A DNA stretch of 63,065 nt, filler included, from Octopus bimaculoides (taxonomy: Eukaryota): assembly GCF_001194135.2 (NCBI RefSeq). It is 8 parts of 7 records of this genome, joined end to end, with 100 filler letters (N's around TTAATTAATTAA, not from the genome) between each part and the next. Parts side by side here need not be neighbours in the genome. Positions count along the whole stretch, not along the records: positions 1 to 7,251 come from NC_068981.1; positions 7,352 to 13,574 come from NC_069001.1; 6 more parts are not named here. The stretch is one strand, 5' to 3'. Positions 1 to 12,100 of the stretch are shown here, piece by piece. The notes below the pieces were generated by a model. That model ran no database searches. It was not told the origin of the DNA and saw only the letters and a program-made list of their open reading frames with translations. The first letter of the stretch is position 1. Every line of letters starts with the position of its first letter. Position numbers and translations under genes: made by a program.

Positions 1-117
1 TATATATTATATATATCATATATATCAGAGAAAACTGAAGTACATGATGAAAGGGAGAGGAAACAAAGCAAGCAACAATATCAGACTATGCACTAAATAT
101 ATGTGTGTGTACAAATG

Positions 118-160
<43 letters not shown>

Positions 161-268
161 TATATACATATGTGTGTGTATATATATGTATGTGTATATA
201 TGTCTATGCATGTGTGTATAGTGTATTTATAGTGTGTGTGTGTGTGCATGTTTATACACACACACAGA

Positions 269-304
<36 letters not shown>

Positions 305-557
305 ACATATGCATATGTACATATTTTGATATGCTTGTAGAAGTTTATCAAAGGCCACTCGTTTAGGCCTGAAGCTACAGTGGCCAACCAAGAGAAATCT
401 TTCTAGAGGAAAATGACATTAATGCAAAGAAATTCTAGCATGAAAACATTTTTCTGTCAAATAATGAATGCTACGGGTGTGTGAGGTGCAGGGTAGAAGA
501 TTCTGGCTGACTTACAGCTTGAAATGCCAAACTTCTTTTTTATTTTTGTGTCCCCTC

Positions 558-629
558 CACTGATCCCAAATTGTTGTGATTAGTGTTTTGAAATGGTTTC
601 TGACTTCTGAACTGCTTTTGGACCTTAAG
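558..629 (+). repeat. 72-bp arm of an inverted repeat pair (partner 1868-1939)
   Basis: 558-629 matches the reverse complement of 1868-1939 at 65/72 positions. Confidence 0.9.
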
Positions 630-1364
630 AGATTAGATTATCATTATTAATGGGAGTGGTGTGTGGTAGAAAGAGGTGGGTGGTGGTGTAAAAGAAAGGG
701 GACTACAGGCAGTAGACTAAATTTTGGCCTAATTGTATTATGGTATTTAATTTTTGACCCTCAACTTTCTGAGTTCAAAATCCTGCTGAGCATATTGTTG
801 TGAAGGCATGTCATTAAATTAATTGACCTTAATAATACAGCAAAGAATATTAGTTGGAATTATAATTGTTTTTGGCATGTCAACTTTATGGAATATACTT
901 GGGATAATAAGAGAAGAATTTAAGCTAAGTTTCTGCAAAATGGACCTTCCACTGAGTAGCATATCTCTTTTTATAGAAATGGTCATATGTACATGCAGGT
1001 TTGACTGTGAGGTAAGAAGCTTGCTCCTAACATATGGTCTTGGGTTCAGTCCCATTGAGTGGCGCCTTATGAATGGATTTGGTAGATGGAAACTGAAAGA
1101 AGCCTATTGTATATATGTATATATATATATGTATCTGTGAATGTGTGTGTGTGATTTGTTTCTTGGTCTAAATGATGGTGTATGCAGTGATGTGTTGTTA
1201 AGAAGTTTTGGGTTCAGTCTCACCATGTGTAGCACATATGGCATGTATCTTCTCCCGTGGCCTCTAGTTGGCTTAATTCCTTGTGAGTGGAATTTTTTAA
1301 ACAGAAACTATGCTGAAGCCTATCACATACACACAAAACACACCCACACATACACACAATTTAT

Positions 1365-1670
1365 TGTACATACTGACATTGCACATCCAGTGGAGCATAC
1401 TAGCTTCATTTCTTTCTAGTCATTGCATATACTCTGCATTCACAGCCCATGTCTCACAACCAAATAGCATTGCAGTTCATACCCAAGCGTTATACAACTT
1501 GCCTTTCACCCTGAGAAGCTTTGGTTACCAGCAGAAGCAATAGCTCTCTGGACTTTATCTAGCTGGTTCATACCCAGCAACTATACTTTCAAAACATCCT
1601 CCTCCACTGTTAATTAGGTCACCTAGGTAACTGAAACCTTCCACTATCTCTAAGGACCCTCCTTGGCATT
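1365..1670 (-). mobile_element. RTE-clade LINE fragment (RT C-terminal/thumb region), decayed
   Basis: Minus-strand translation LEIVEGFSYLGDLINSGGGCFES...KGKLYNAWV*TAMLFGCETWAVNAEYMQ*LERNEASMLHWMCNV, with stops. Confidence 0.8.
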
Positions 1671-1867
1671 CGAGAAAATCTCTTTCCTATGTGTTCTTAG
1701 TGTTTATTGGTATTATGCATATGCTACGAAGTCAACTTTCTCTGTTAACCTTCCTGTGAATCCACTGCAACTCTTATGCACCCATAGACTGAATGCTGTG
1801 TGCATGTGCATGTGTGTGTGTGTGTGTGTATGTACCATTCCCCTGTACATCAGTCTCATTAACAATG

Positions 1868-1939
1868 CTTAAGGTCCAGGTGCAGCTCAGCAGTCAGAAA
1901 CCATTTCAAAACACTAATCACAACAATTTGGGATTGGTG
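1868..1939 (-). repeat. 72-bp arm of an inverted repeat pair (partner 558-629)
   Basis: Reverse complement matches 558-629 at 65/72 positions. Confidence 0.9.
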
Positions 1940-2234
1940 CACACACACACATGCATGCACGCACACACACACACACACACACATCATGCATACACACACA
2001 CATACATGCATGCATGCATGCACACACACATGCATGCATGCGCACCCACATACACACAGAGAAAAAAAAATTGATTTCAAGCTGTATGTGNNNNNNNNNN
2101 NNNNNNNNNNNNNNNNNNNNNNNNNNNNNNNNNNNNNNNNNNNNNNNNNNNNNNNNNNNNNNNNNNNNNNNNNNNNNNNNNNNNNNNNNNNNNNNNNNNN
2201 NNNNNNNNNNNNNNNNNNNNNNNNNNNNNNNNNN

Positions 2235-2566
2235 ACATGCATGCCTGCATCCAAACATGCATATGCATGTATCTACATATGAGCATTGATAAATAAGTAC
2301 ATACATACACACATACATACATACATACATACACACATACATACATACATACATACATACACACATACATACATACATACATACATACATACATACATAC
2401 ATACATACATACATACATACACACATACATACATACATACATTCATACATACATACATACATACATACACACATACATACATACACACATACATACATAC
2501 ATACATACATACACACATACATACATACATACACACATACATACATACATACATACATACATACAT
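2235..2566. repeat. (TACA)n/(CA)n compound microsatellite
   Basis: Direct tandem repeat; explains the MYVC/HTYI junk ORFs. Confidence 0.95.
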
Positions 2567-2838
2567 GTGATGAGCTTTAACATGGTTAACGTTCATTAAA
2601 TTCTACTCAGAGGGTCAGTTGGGGATTTCAAGATTAGGCACTTGTCAAGGGTTTCATGCAGTAGGATCAAACCTGGGACCATAAGGTTGGAGAGTAATCT
2701 TTTTTAACCTTGCCTTCCCTGTGTCTGCCTGTATATCCATTTTAAAATGACATACACTTACATATATTCACAGGCACACACCTCTGCCTATATTTGTAAA
2801 AACTTTTTTCTGCTATAATAAAATGGTATTTATATATA

Positions 2839-2879
<41 letters not shown>

Positions 2880-3679
2880 ATATTTATATATATGTGTGTG
2901 TGTATATACAAATCCGTGTGTATTTGAAAAAAAACCCCCATTATAGATCATTGTTTGTTCAACTTGTCAATATAGGGTAAAATAAACATTGTCAGAATTA
3001 CAATAGCCACTCATAGTACAAGAAAGAGTTAGAAAATCATATTGTCATATATGTGTGTGTATGTATACACACCAAAATTCATACCTGTATCTTTATATAC
3101 GTGGTTATCTATGCTTGTGTATCTGCGTATGTGAATGTGGTGTGTTAATGTCTGTGTCTAGGGCAAAATCTCTGGCAAACTGAATACAAAATAAGCTCAC
3201 TTAGTAATATCAACATTGTAACTTGTAGCTAACCAGCCAACCCCTCTGCTCTATTTTCCATTTACAAATTACCCACCTCTGCTATAGTTCATTGTAATGG
3301 ACATTTGGTCCTTTTCCTCTACACCTCATTCACAAACCCCTTGTGTGGGAGTATTGGGACTAAGGGAGTAATGGTAGTTAATTTATATATATATATTCTT
3401 TTATTCTTTTACTTGTTTCAGTCATTTTGATTGTAGCCATGCTGGAGCACTGCCATAATGAAGTAATTGTTTATATTGTGTGAAGGCATGGCTGTGTGGT
3501 TAAGAGGTTTGGTTTGCAGTTATGTGGTTTAGAGTTCAGTCCTATTGCACAGCACCTTGAGCAAGAATCTTCTACTATAGGACCAGGTCCAGGCTGATTA
3601 ATGCCATGTGAATGAATTTCATGAGTGGAAACTGTACAGAAGCTAATCGTGTATGTCTATTTATATATCAAGTAAAAGC

Positions 3680-3829
3680 ACCTAACACACTCTGTAAAGT
3701 GGTTGGTGTTAGGAAGGACATCTAACCGCAGAAACCATGCCAAATCAGACTGAAGTCTGGTACAGCTCCCCAGCTTACTACCTCTGGTCAAACCGTCCGA
3801 CACATACCAGCATGGACAACAGATGTTAA

Positions 3830-3876
<47 letters not shown>
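3680..3876 (+). mobile_element. Short interspersed repeat family C, ending in a (GAT)n tail
   Basis: Same family recurs at 5080-5278 (-) and 13295-13490 (+), each with ...GTTAAATGATGATG tail. Confidence 0.75.
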
Positions 3877-3878
<2 letters not shown>

Positions 3879-4127
3879 CAAATTTTGGCACAAGGTCAGT
3901 AATTTTAGAAGAAGTGGGTTAGTTGATTGTATCAATTTCAGTACTCACTTGGTACTTTATTTTATCAACCCTGTAAAAATGACAGAGTCAGTCTTCGTGG
4001 AATTTGAACACAGAATTTAAAGAACTCGAAGAAATGCTGTTTAGCATTTTCTCCAATGTGCTAATAGTTCTACCAGCTTGCCACCTTTAATAATAATACT
4101 AAAAATAATAATAATAATGATAATAAT

Positions 4128-4346
4128 AATCCTTTCTCTTATAGGCACAAGGCCTGAAATTTTTTGGGGAGGGGGGGCTCATCAATTACATCAACCCCAG
4201 TGTTTCACTGGTACTTAATTCATCGACCCCAAAAGGATGAAAGGCAAAATCAACCTCAGTGGAATTTGAACTCAGAACATAAAGATGGACGAAATGCCGC
4301 AAAGCATTTTGCCTGGCATGCTAATGATTCTGCCAGATCACCGCTT
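4128..4346 (-). mobile_element. tRNA-derived SINE family B
   Basis: Homologous to near-consensus copies at 28454-28674 and 49626-49852. Confidence 0.8.
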
Positions 4347-4967
4347 TAATAATAATAACAATAATGATAATTATCTTCAATCAACAACATCACAATATTG
4401 GATACTGTGCGATGTTTTTTAAATAATAATAATAATAATAATGCTGATGACGACAATGATGACGAATACTTAGAAAACTGTAATGTAACCATCAACAGAC
4501 ATTAATTCAACATACTTCCATTTCATATGGAAACCTTTTGCAAAGGCCTCTAAAAGAATACCCCCATCAAATAAATAGATAAAATATGTCCCTAGAGATT
4601 GAACTGATCTCTTTGTATAGAAATACAGCATCTTTCTCTGGGTCTTAAATAAACAAATGCCAAACATGTAAAGTGCATTAAAATATTTCCATTTTGCCAA
4701 CCATCAAAACTCCAAATCAATTTGAAGCACAATGGAATGGGAATATTAAGGTAATATGTGAACAACTGGCCCATCTATTGTTACTTGCTATTTCTGGGAG
4801 AAAAGGACAAGGTGTATACCTTGGACCAACAATAATATGAATAACAACAATTATATCAACAACAACAACAACAATGAAATAATTGTATATAGTGCTCAGG
4901 TGCACCACAACTCTTCAATTTATAAGTTCTTTTAACTACATACATGTTCTAGTTGCTTTTGCTGCTG

Positions 4968-5015
<48 letters not shown>

Positions 5016-5079
5016 TCTACTAAAGGCACACACATATACACTGTCGTATATATATATATATATATATATCACCATCATA

Positions 5080-5278
5080 ATCATCATCATCGTTTAATGT
5101 CCGCTTTCCATGCTACCATGGGTTGGACGATTTGACTGAGGACTGGCAAGCCAGAAGGCTGCACCAGGCTCCAATCTGATCTGGCAGAGTTTCTACAGCT
5201 GGATGCTATTCCTAATGCCAACCACTCCAAGAATGTAGTGGGTGCTTTTATGTGCCACTGGCACGAGGGCCAGTCACT
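5080..5278 (-). mobile_element. Short interspersed repeat family C
   Basis: Reverse complement of the 13295-13490 copy; (CAT)n tail at the left end. Confidence 0.8.
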
Positions 5279-5816
5279 CACACACACACATACACACATA
5301 TATATATACATATACACACACACACATATATATACATATACACACACACACACAAATGCACGGCAGGCTTCTTTCAGTTTCTGTCTACCAAATCCACTCA
5401 CAAGGCTTTGGTCAGCCCAAGGACATAGTAGAATTCACTTGCCTAAGATGCTACATGGTGCGATTGAACCCCAGCTCTTAAACATCAGAACTATCATTCT
5501 TGTGTCATCATTGTGAAATTTGAATAAAATAAATAAAATATCCATATGGTGGTGTGTTCTTGTGCATACTAAATTCAAAATGAGATAGATCTAGACACAC
5601 CAACCAACCAGCCAACCAACCAACTAATCAACCAACAAACTATCATATATTGTTCATAATCAGAACCAGATTAAACCAAATGATGAAGCTAAGAAAACTG
5701 AAAAGTTTTGAATTGAATGTAAACACCAGAAGGATTCAGTTCTATATTTAAGAGATGAGGAATTATGTACATTATTTACATTTGACGGATATTTGTCCTC
5801 ATCTTGTTTGTTGTGA

Positions 5817-5860
5817 ACACAACATTTCAGCTGATAGATCCTCCAGCCTTCATCAGGTGT
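5817..5860 (-). ncRNA. Minimal type-I hammerhead ribozyme motif
   Basis: Minus strand ACAC-CUGAUGA-A-GGCUG-(10 nt)-CAGCU-GAAA-UGUU/GUGU: core, stem I (4 bp), stem II (5 bp) and short stem III present. Confidence 0.7.
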
Positions 5861-5923
5861 CTTGAGGAAATTTCGAACCTGGGTTCTCATTCCTAAGGTA
5901 TTTTTCAATGTTGTTGTTATTAC

Positions 5924-5956
<33 letters not shown>

Positions 5957-6082
5957 TATTCAGGCCACTACCTGGAATTGAATTCGGAATCTTGGGATTA
6001 GTAGCCCGCGCTCTTAACCACTACGCCATATGCCCGTGGCCTGAATAAAAATAATAATAATAATAATAATAACAATAACAAT

Positions 6083-6116
<34 letters not shown>

Positions 6117-6165
6117 TCGAAAAATACCTTAGGAATGAGAACCCAGGTTTGAAATTTCCCCCAAG

Positions 6166-6209
6166 ACACCTGATGAAGGCTGGAGTGTATATCAGCCGAA
6201 ATGTTGTTA
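6166..6209 (+). ncRNA. Minimal type-I hammerhead ribozyme motif (stem I partly lost)
   Basis: ACAC-CUGAUGA-A-GGCUG-(10 nt)-CAGCC-GAAA-UGUU/GU; stem II perfect, stem I reduced to 2 bp by a 2-nt deletion relative to the other arm. Confidence 0.6.
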
Positions 6210-7741
6210 ACAACAAACAAGATGACGACAAATATCCGTCAAATGTAAATAATGTAAATAATGTACTGGAAGGATTCCCTAATACTCTGTACAGGTGTAA
6301 AGAAATACTTGAATCTGACCGGTTTAAGTAAAAGAAACATGTTAGATTTTTCTTGCTTCTTACAGGACTGAGCTGTAACAACTTGAAGCTCATGTAGATA
6401 AGGCAAACAGGGGAATTTAGTTTAGTGTCCATGGTTAGAACACTGTCAGTAACCAGATATGATCCGTGTTATTGGCAGATTGACACACCATCAACTTGGT
6501 AAGCTTACAATTCCATCCCATTTCTATTTTTATGAGAAATCATATTATGACACCACCAAAATGAAGGATATTCAAGATAATTTTGGAATTGTTTGTAAAG
6601 AAATGATTTGCCTTAACAAAACAAAAAAAAATAATAATAATAGTAATAAAATAATAATCAATGATTGAGAACTCTTAGCAGTGCATCTTAGCACCATTGC
6701 TACATAAGACATTCAAAATAATTGGAAAGACATGCATCAGAGAAGTTGTTTCAATTAGTTTTCATATCATTACTCAAAAATACTGGTAGAATCGATATAT
6801 CTAAGCTGTGTTTATCCAATCATGAAATATTCTTGCTACTTCTTATAGTACTACCATCTTCGCCATCGCCTCCCTCCCCCCACCCCACAACTAACCTCTC
6901 TACCACCACCACCACCACCAACAACAACAACAGCAACATTATAATTGTGATTACTACTATTAATCTTAATGCAATTATGACTGGTGTGTAACCATGAAAA
7001 TGATGATGATGATGAAGAAAGACAGGGAGAAGCTGGAAGATAAAAGGACAATGTTTGTGGTGGTGATGGTGACGCTGCTGGTCAAATAGCAATAAAAGTT
7101 TTCCATGAGATCCTTTTGCAGTCAGAGCCATTAATAACCACAGAGTCCCAGTGCAACTGGAATCTTCCTCAGTTTATAGATTGCGTTTTAGAGAGAGAAT
7201 ACAGGCAAACACACAACAGCACACACACGAACACACACACACACACACACANNNNNNNNNNNNNNNNNNNNNNNNNNNNNNNNNNNNNNNNNNNNTTAAT
7301 TAATTAANNNNNNNNNNNNNNNNNNNNNNNNNNNNNNNNNNNNNNNNNNNNTGGTGCAGTGTTAGGTGGTGTTGGATTTGTTGTCAGCAAGACAGTGGAG
7401 GGTCTTTTGTCAACATGTCTCCAATTCCACTTGTTTTTGTCTGTATCTGTGTGTGTGTGTGTGTGTGTGTGTGTACACGCGCAGTGTCTAGTGTTTAGTA
7501 TGTGTGTTGCGTCTATGTGTATATGGGTTTGCTTACTATGCTGTGTATACCCATGTTTTATTTAGCTTTTTTTATTTATTTATTTACTTACATATCTATT
7601 TTTTCTTATTCCACCTTAAGTGTGTGTATGTGTGCCTTGCATGTGTATGAGTTTATGTATTATACTGCTTGTATCCGTCTCTTTTTTTTTTCTTTCTTTT
7701 TCTCATTCTGTCTTTGGTTGTCATGTTGCATAGTGTGGTGG

Positions 7742-8306
7742 AGGGCGTTACTGTTTCATTCATGTTTTCCTTTGAGGCTCGGTCTGTTGATAATATCTTA
7801 ACATCTATGTATTTAACCAAGCCTCTGTTCTAATTGAGCAAGTTAGTAGAGCACTGATGAGCTTTTCTCCTCTTTGAGCTCCCACCAGTATCCCCCTCTC
7901 CACTCCTCTATGCTACATGCTGTCTCCTCAATGTACGTTGTCATGTTTCTGCACCATTCCTCAGTACACCATATGTTATCGACTACATTTCCAGGCTAAG
8001 TGTAGAATTAGAAATGTAGTCTGTAGCATTCGGTGTACTGAGGGACAGTGCACAAATAAGACAACATACATTGGGGAGATAGCATGTAGTATAGGGAAGT
8101 GGATAAGGGACACTGATTAGGAGCTCAAGGGGGATAAAATATCATCAGTGTCTACCAACATGCTCAATTAGAACATAAAAGCTCAGTTAATAACACAGAT
8201 GTTAAGATATTATCAACAGACATGACAGTTAGATTACAGATGCCACACACACAGTTGTAGACAGACCAAGCTTCAACAGAAAACATGAATGGAAGAATAA
8301 CATCCT
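7742..8306. mobile_element. Foldback/MITE-like hairpin element (family 1)
   Basis: Arms ~7742-7991 and ~8011-8306 are inverted copies (about 80% by eye, with a ~45-nt insertion in the right arm); 19-nt loop at 7992-8010. Confidence 0.85.
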
Positions 8307-8848
8307 GAAATATAACAATATCTGTTTCAACACATGAGTTCACATCAGAAATCTTGCAAAACAAATACATAAATGAAATCAAATATAAAAATAATTCATT
8401 AAAACACTCAATATCTTTACCCTTTTCTCTTCATTTTCATTAATTCCAGCATAAAATTGATCCCTTTCTTTTCATTAAATCCTTTTTAGCAAGAGAATAA
8501 ACTGTTAGCTAATTTCTTTCAACTGATATTTGCTTTTTAGCATAGAAATTGTATTCTTGTAGGCACTGAAATAATAAGAAAGAAATATTTTATGTGTGTG
8601 TGTGTATATATTTATTTGTAAGCAGGAAGCTCCACTAATTATTACTCTGAGTTTCATATTTCCAATTTTTGGACCTAGTGAAGGTTGATGCGAGTCAAAG
8701 CCGCATATATACCTTGAACCAACATTCATTGCCATCATAAACCTGATATTCAGAGTAACAATTATTACAGTTTCCAATACAATAAATAGAATAAAACTAT
8801 ACAATAGATATTTTCTCTTTCCTTCTTCACGCAATTCTTCTTACCATG

Positions 8849-9094
8849 TGTTATGAATTATAATATCCTATCATTAATTCCTTTCTACAATAGTAAATAA
8901 TAGATAAAAATATAGATATCTTATTTTGTATTGGGTATGAAAATGCAGCATAGTGTCAAATGATGTTGATAGATGAATACTGTCCTTACTTAAAATAAAA
9001 CAAGTCTTAATTGTTGGACAGCAGTGATTAATGGATTAGATGGCAAGCAGAAATAAAGTCTGAATAAAAGCCTTCTTTGAACTGGTTTATGACA
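8849..9094 (+). repeat. 5' LTR (246 bp, TG...CA)
   Basis: About 89% identical to 12748-12998 by manual alignment. Confidence 0.95.
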
Positions 9095-9118
9095 AATTTT
9101 ATTCAAACTTCATTCTAA

Positions 9119-12100
9119 ATGGATACCAAAGTGTTCGAGAGGACCTTACCAAACAACCCAACTGAGGAAGATTATATTTACTGGAAATAGATGCTACACA
9201 TCTACATAGCAAAAGCAAAAGTTCCAGATGAATTTAAACTAGAGGTACTCTTAGTCCTCTGTGGGGCAAGGACCTACCTCATCTTCAAAGAATCCAAAAC
9301 CTTCGAGGCAGGAACAGAACGCCTGACTTAAAGTTCATAAAGAAAGGTTCAAACATAATGATGTGCCATAAGCTACAAACTCAAAAACAAAAGAAAATGA
9401 GTCTACCGAAGAATTATGTCAAACCTTCAGGCACTAGCCAAGAAGTGTAAAATCCAAGCCCTAACAGCACACTTTGTGGCTGGGCTTCAATCACTATCAA
9501 TCAGACAAGGGCTTCTCGAGTCATCAGACGATTGCTTAGAAACACTCTATAAACTTGCTCAAACCATGGAGGTAGCCATTGAAGACACTCGTAACCTATC
9601 CCAAGGCTCAGCTGGTATCAATCAACCACCCCATCTTGCAGCTGCTAAATCAGCATACTTTTGGCGCAGTGGAGACATCCATAAAAAAAATCAATGCCCG
9701 GTGAGAAACTCCACTCGCAAAAGGTGTCAGAAGAAAGGCCACTGGGAGAAAGTCTTCCTCTCAAAAAAGCCACCAAGAAACAAATAAAACTTCCCTAAAA
9801 CAGCAGCTATCACAGAGCCAGAGAGCGACTCAGAGGAAAACAGTGATGGAACCTTATCATCCATCATTTTAGCAGTAACAAACGGTACAGGACAGCTGGT
9901 ACCCATTAAAATTAAGGACAACAATACACAAGCCCTTCTTGACACAGTTTCTGACAGGACATTTATAGAAGCAAATCTTGCAGTTTGGGGATTACAATAC
10001 GATCATACCTGCCCAGAAAAAGTTAACTTGGCCAACAACACAGCACTGAAGATTAAAGCCAAATTCAGCAGCAAATTACAACTGGGAAATAACGCATATA
10101 ACATTAATTTCCTTGAGGTCAACTACCTTGTAGCTCCAGTCATCATTGGAATTGATATCCTCAGTCAATACTTGGCAGTTACAATTGACTTCAAGGGCAC
10201 ACCCAAACCTGTGTCATTCTGCATGTCCATGTCAAGCCTAAAATGCACCACATTTGAACTACTTCCTGACATATAAAGATCTCTAAGCTCAAACCAATTT
10301 CAACAACTTCAAGATGCAGTCCTAGAAATGCAGAGTTTATTAAGCACAAAATAGACAGGTTACTTTCAGAGGACATAATTCAGGAAAGCCATAGTTCCTG
10401 GCGAGCTTAATGCTTTGTGACATCTTCCATTGGAAGGAAGAAAAGAATGGTGATTGACTACTCAAATACTATAAATGTCTACACACAGCTGGATGCCTAC
10501 CCTATCCCCCGGATTGATGATTTTCTAAATGAAATAGCAGCAAACAAGATTTTCAGCAACATAAGATATGACAAATGCTTATCACCAGGTGGAACTCCTA
10601 CCTGAAGGCTATAAACTGACAACATCCGAAACAGGGGGAAACTGTACGAGTTTAAACGCCTCCCATTTGGTACCAACGCCACAGCAATTTTCCAGCAGGT
10701 CATGCCTATCTAGATGACATCATCATAGCTGACAAAGATCATCATGAACATTCTCAGGAGATTTATCCAAGCAGCTGAAATATCTGGTATGACCATCGAT
10801 AAGAACAAGAGTCAATTCTCTCAGAAGCAAATCAGCTTCCTTGGAAATTCAACAACAAAACCTGACTCTAAAATGTATCAAGCTCTACTGGATATGCTAG
10901 AACCAAGAACATTGAGAGAACTAAATCGTATAATAGACATTTTTGCATATTATGCAAAGTGGATACCTAAGTGCTCCAGACTTACCATTCAACTTACAAG
11001 AGCCAGAGAGAATATCAACAAAGCAGGACTGCTAGAAGAAGCAAAAACAGCAATCGCATCGCTAAAGACTGCACTGGTAAATGCCATACTTGCTGTTCCA
11101 CAACTTGGAATACCGCTTACCATCGAAACAGATGCTTCTGACCTAACCTTGGGAGTGAGACTATCACAAGGAAGGCCAGTGGCCTTCTATTCAAGGTCTC
11201 ATCAAAAAACAGAAAACCACCAATCTATCATTGAGAGAGAAGCCTGCACAATCGTAGAATGTTGCCGCAAATGGTGCCACCTGATACGTTTCCCCATACT
11301 GCAACATCATCACCAATCAACGCTTGGTGTTGATGATCTTCAATAAGCAAGGGACATCAAAAATCAAAAATGAAAAACTTATACGTTGGCACTCTCAGAC
11401 ATAAATTACACAATCTCCTATAGACCAGGAATTCAAAACAAAGCAGCAGATGTGCTATCAAGATGTGCAGCAACAAGAGACACAACAACACTAATAACCC
11501 TTCACAAACAACTGTGCCACCCAGGAGTGACCCACCTGGGTCACTACTGTAAAGTATGAAACCTGCCATTCTCCCTCAATGAAATCTGTGAAATGACACT
11601 CACTTGCTCTACATGCAACAAGCTCAAACCCCGCTTCCACAAACCACTTATGGGTCAATAATACAGGCATTGAAACCTTGGGAGCACCTCTCCATTGACT
11701 TTGTTGATCCCTTGCCATCAACCACACAATACCATTACTTATTGGTAATAGTCAATGAGTACTCAAGGTACCCATTAGCATACCCCTGCAAAGACATGAG
11801 TGCCGAAACAATAATTTCCCACCTGCTCAACCTCTTTTCATTGTTTGGATCACCAAGTTGTATCCAGTCTGATAGAGGAATCCAATTTGATAATAAGAAG
11901 CTCCAGAACTTCCTTCATGCTAACAGGACAATAAAAACTAGAACATCTCCCCATCGACCTCAAGGCAATGGCTAATGTGAAAGGACCAACAGTACCCTCA
12001 AGAAGACCATAAATCTAGATAAAAGACAATGGTTGACAGTCCTTCTCATGGCACTACCAGCTATGAGAGGACTCCTCTGTACAGCTACCAACACAACTCC

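Larger units (their letters stand above)
5738..6268. mobile_element. tRNA-headed, hammerhead-bearing (Penelope pLTR-like) element with inverted duplicated arms
   Basis: Direct repeat GAAGGATTC at 5729-5737 and 6269-6277 (TSD); arms ~5762-5968 and ~6037-6266 are inverted copies; tRNA-like head with A box TGGCGTAGTGG at 6028-6018 (-) and degenerate B box at 5985-5974. Confidence 0.85.

Noticed and set aside
5969-6036. Functional tRNA gene
   Set aside because: Anticodon and acceptor stems do not pair properly and it is embedded in a repeat; treated as a SINE head
6366-6498. 133-bp segment between a strong acceptor (TTTTTCTTGCTTCTTACAG) and donor (TG|GTAAGC)
   Set aside because: Stops in all three frames and no homology recognised; could only be a non-coding exon, unsupported without RNA data
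7297-7308. TTAATTAATTAA recurring inside N runs (also ~13619, 42354, 49552, 55301, 59645, 61872)
   Set aside because: Always embedded in N blocks and encodes stops in all six frames; a scaffolding spacer, not a biological repeat or CRISPR array
7851-7885. CTGATGA within the foldback arm
   Set aside because: No stem II followed by GAAA; not a hammerhead
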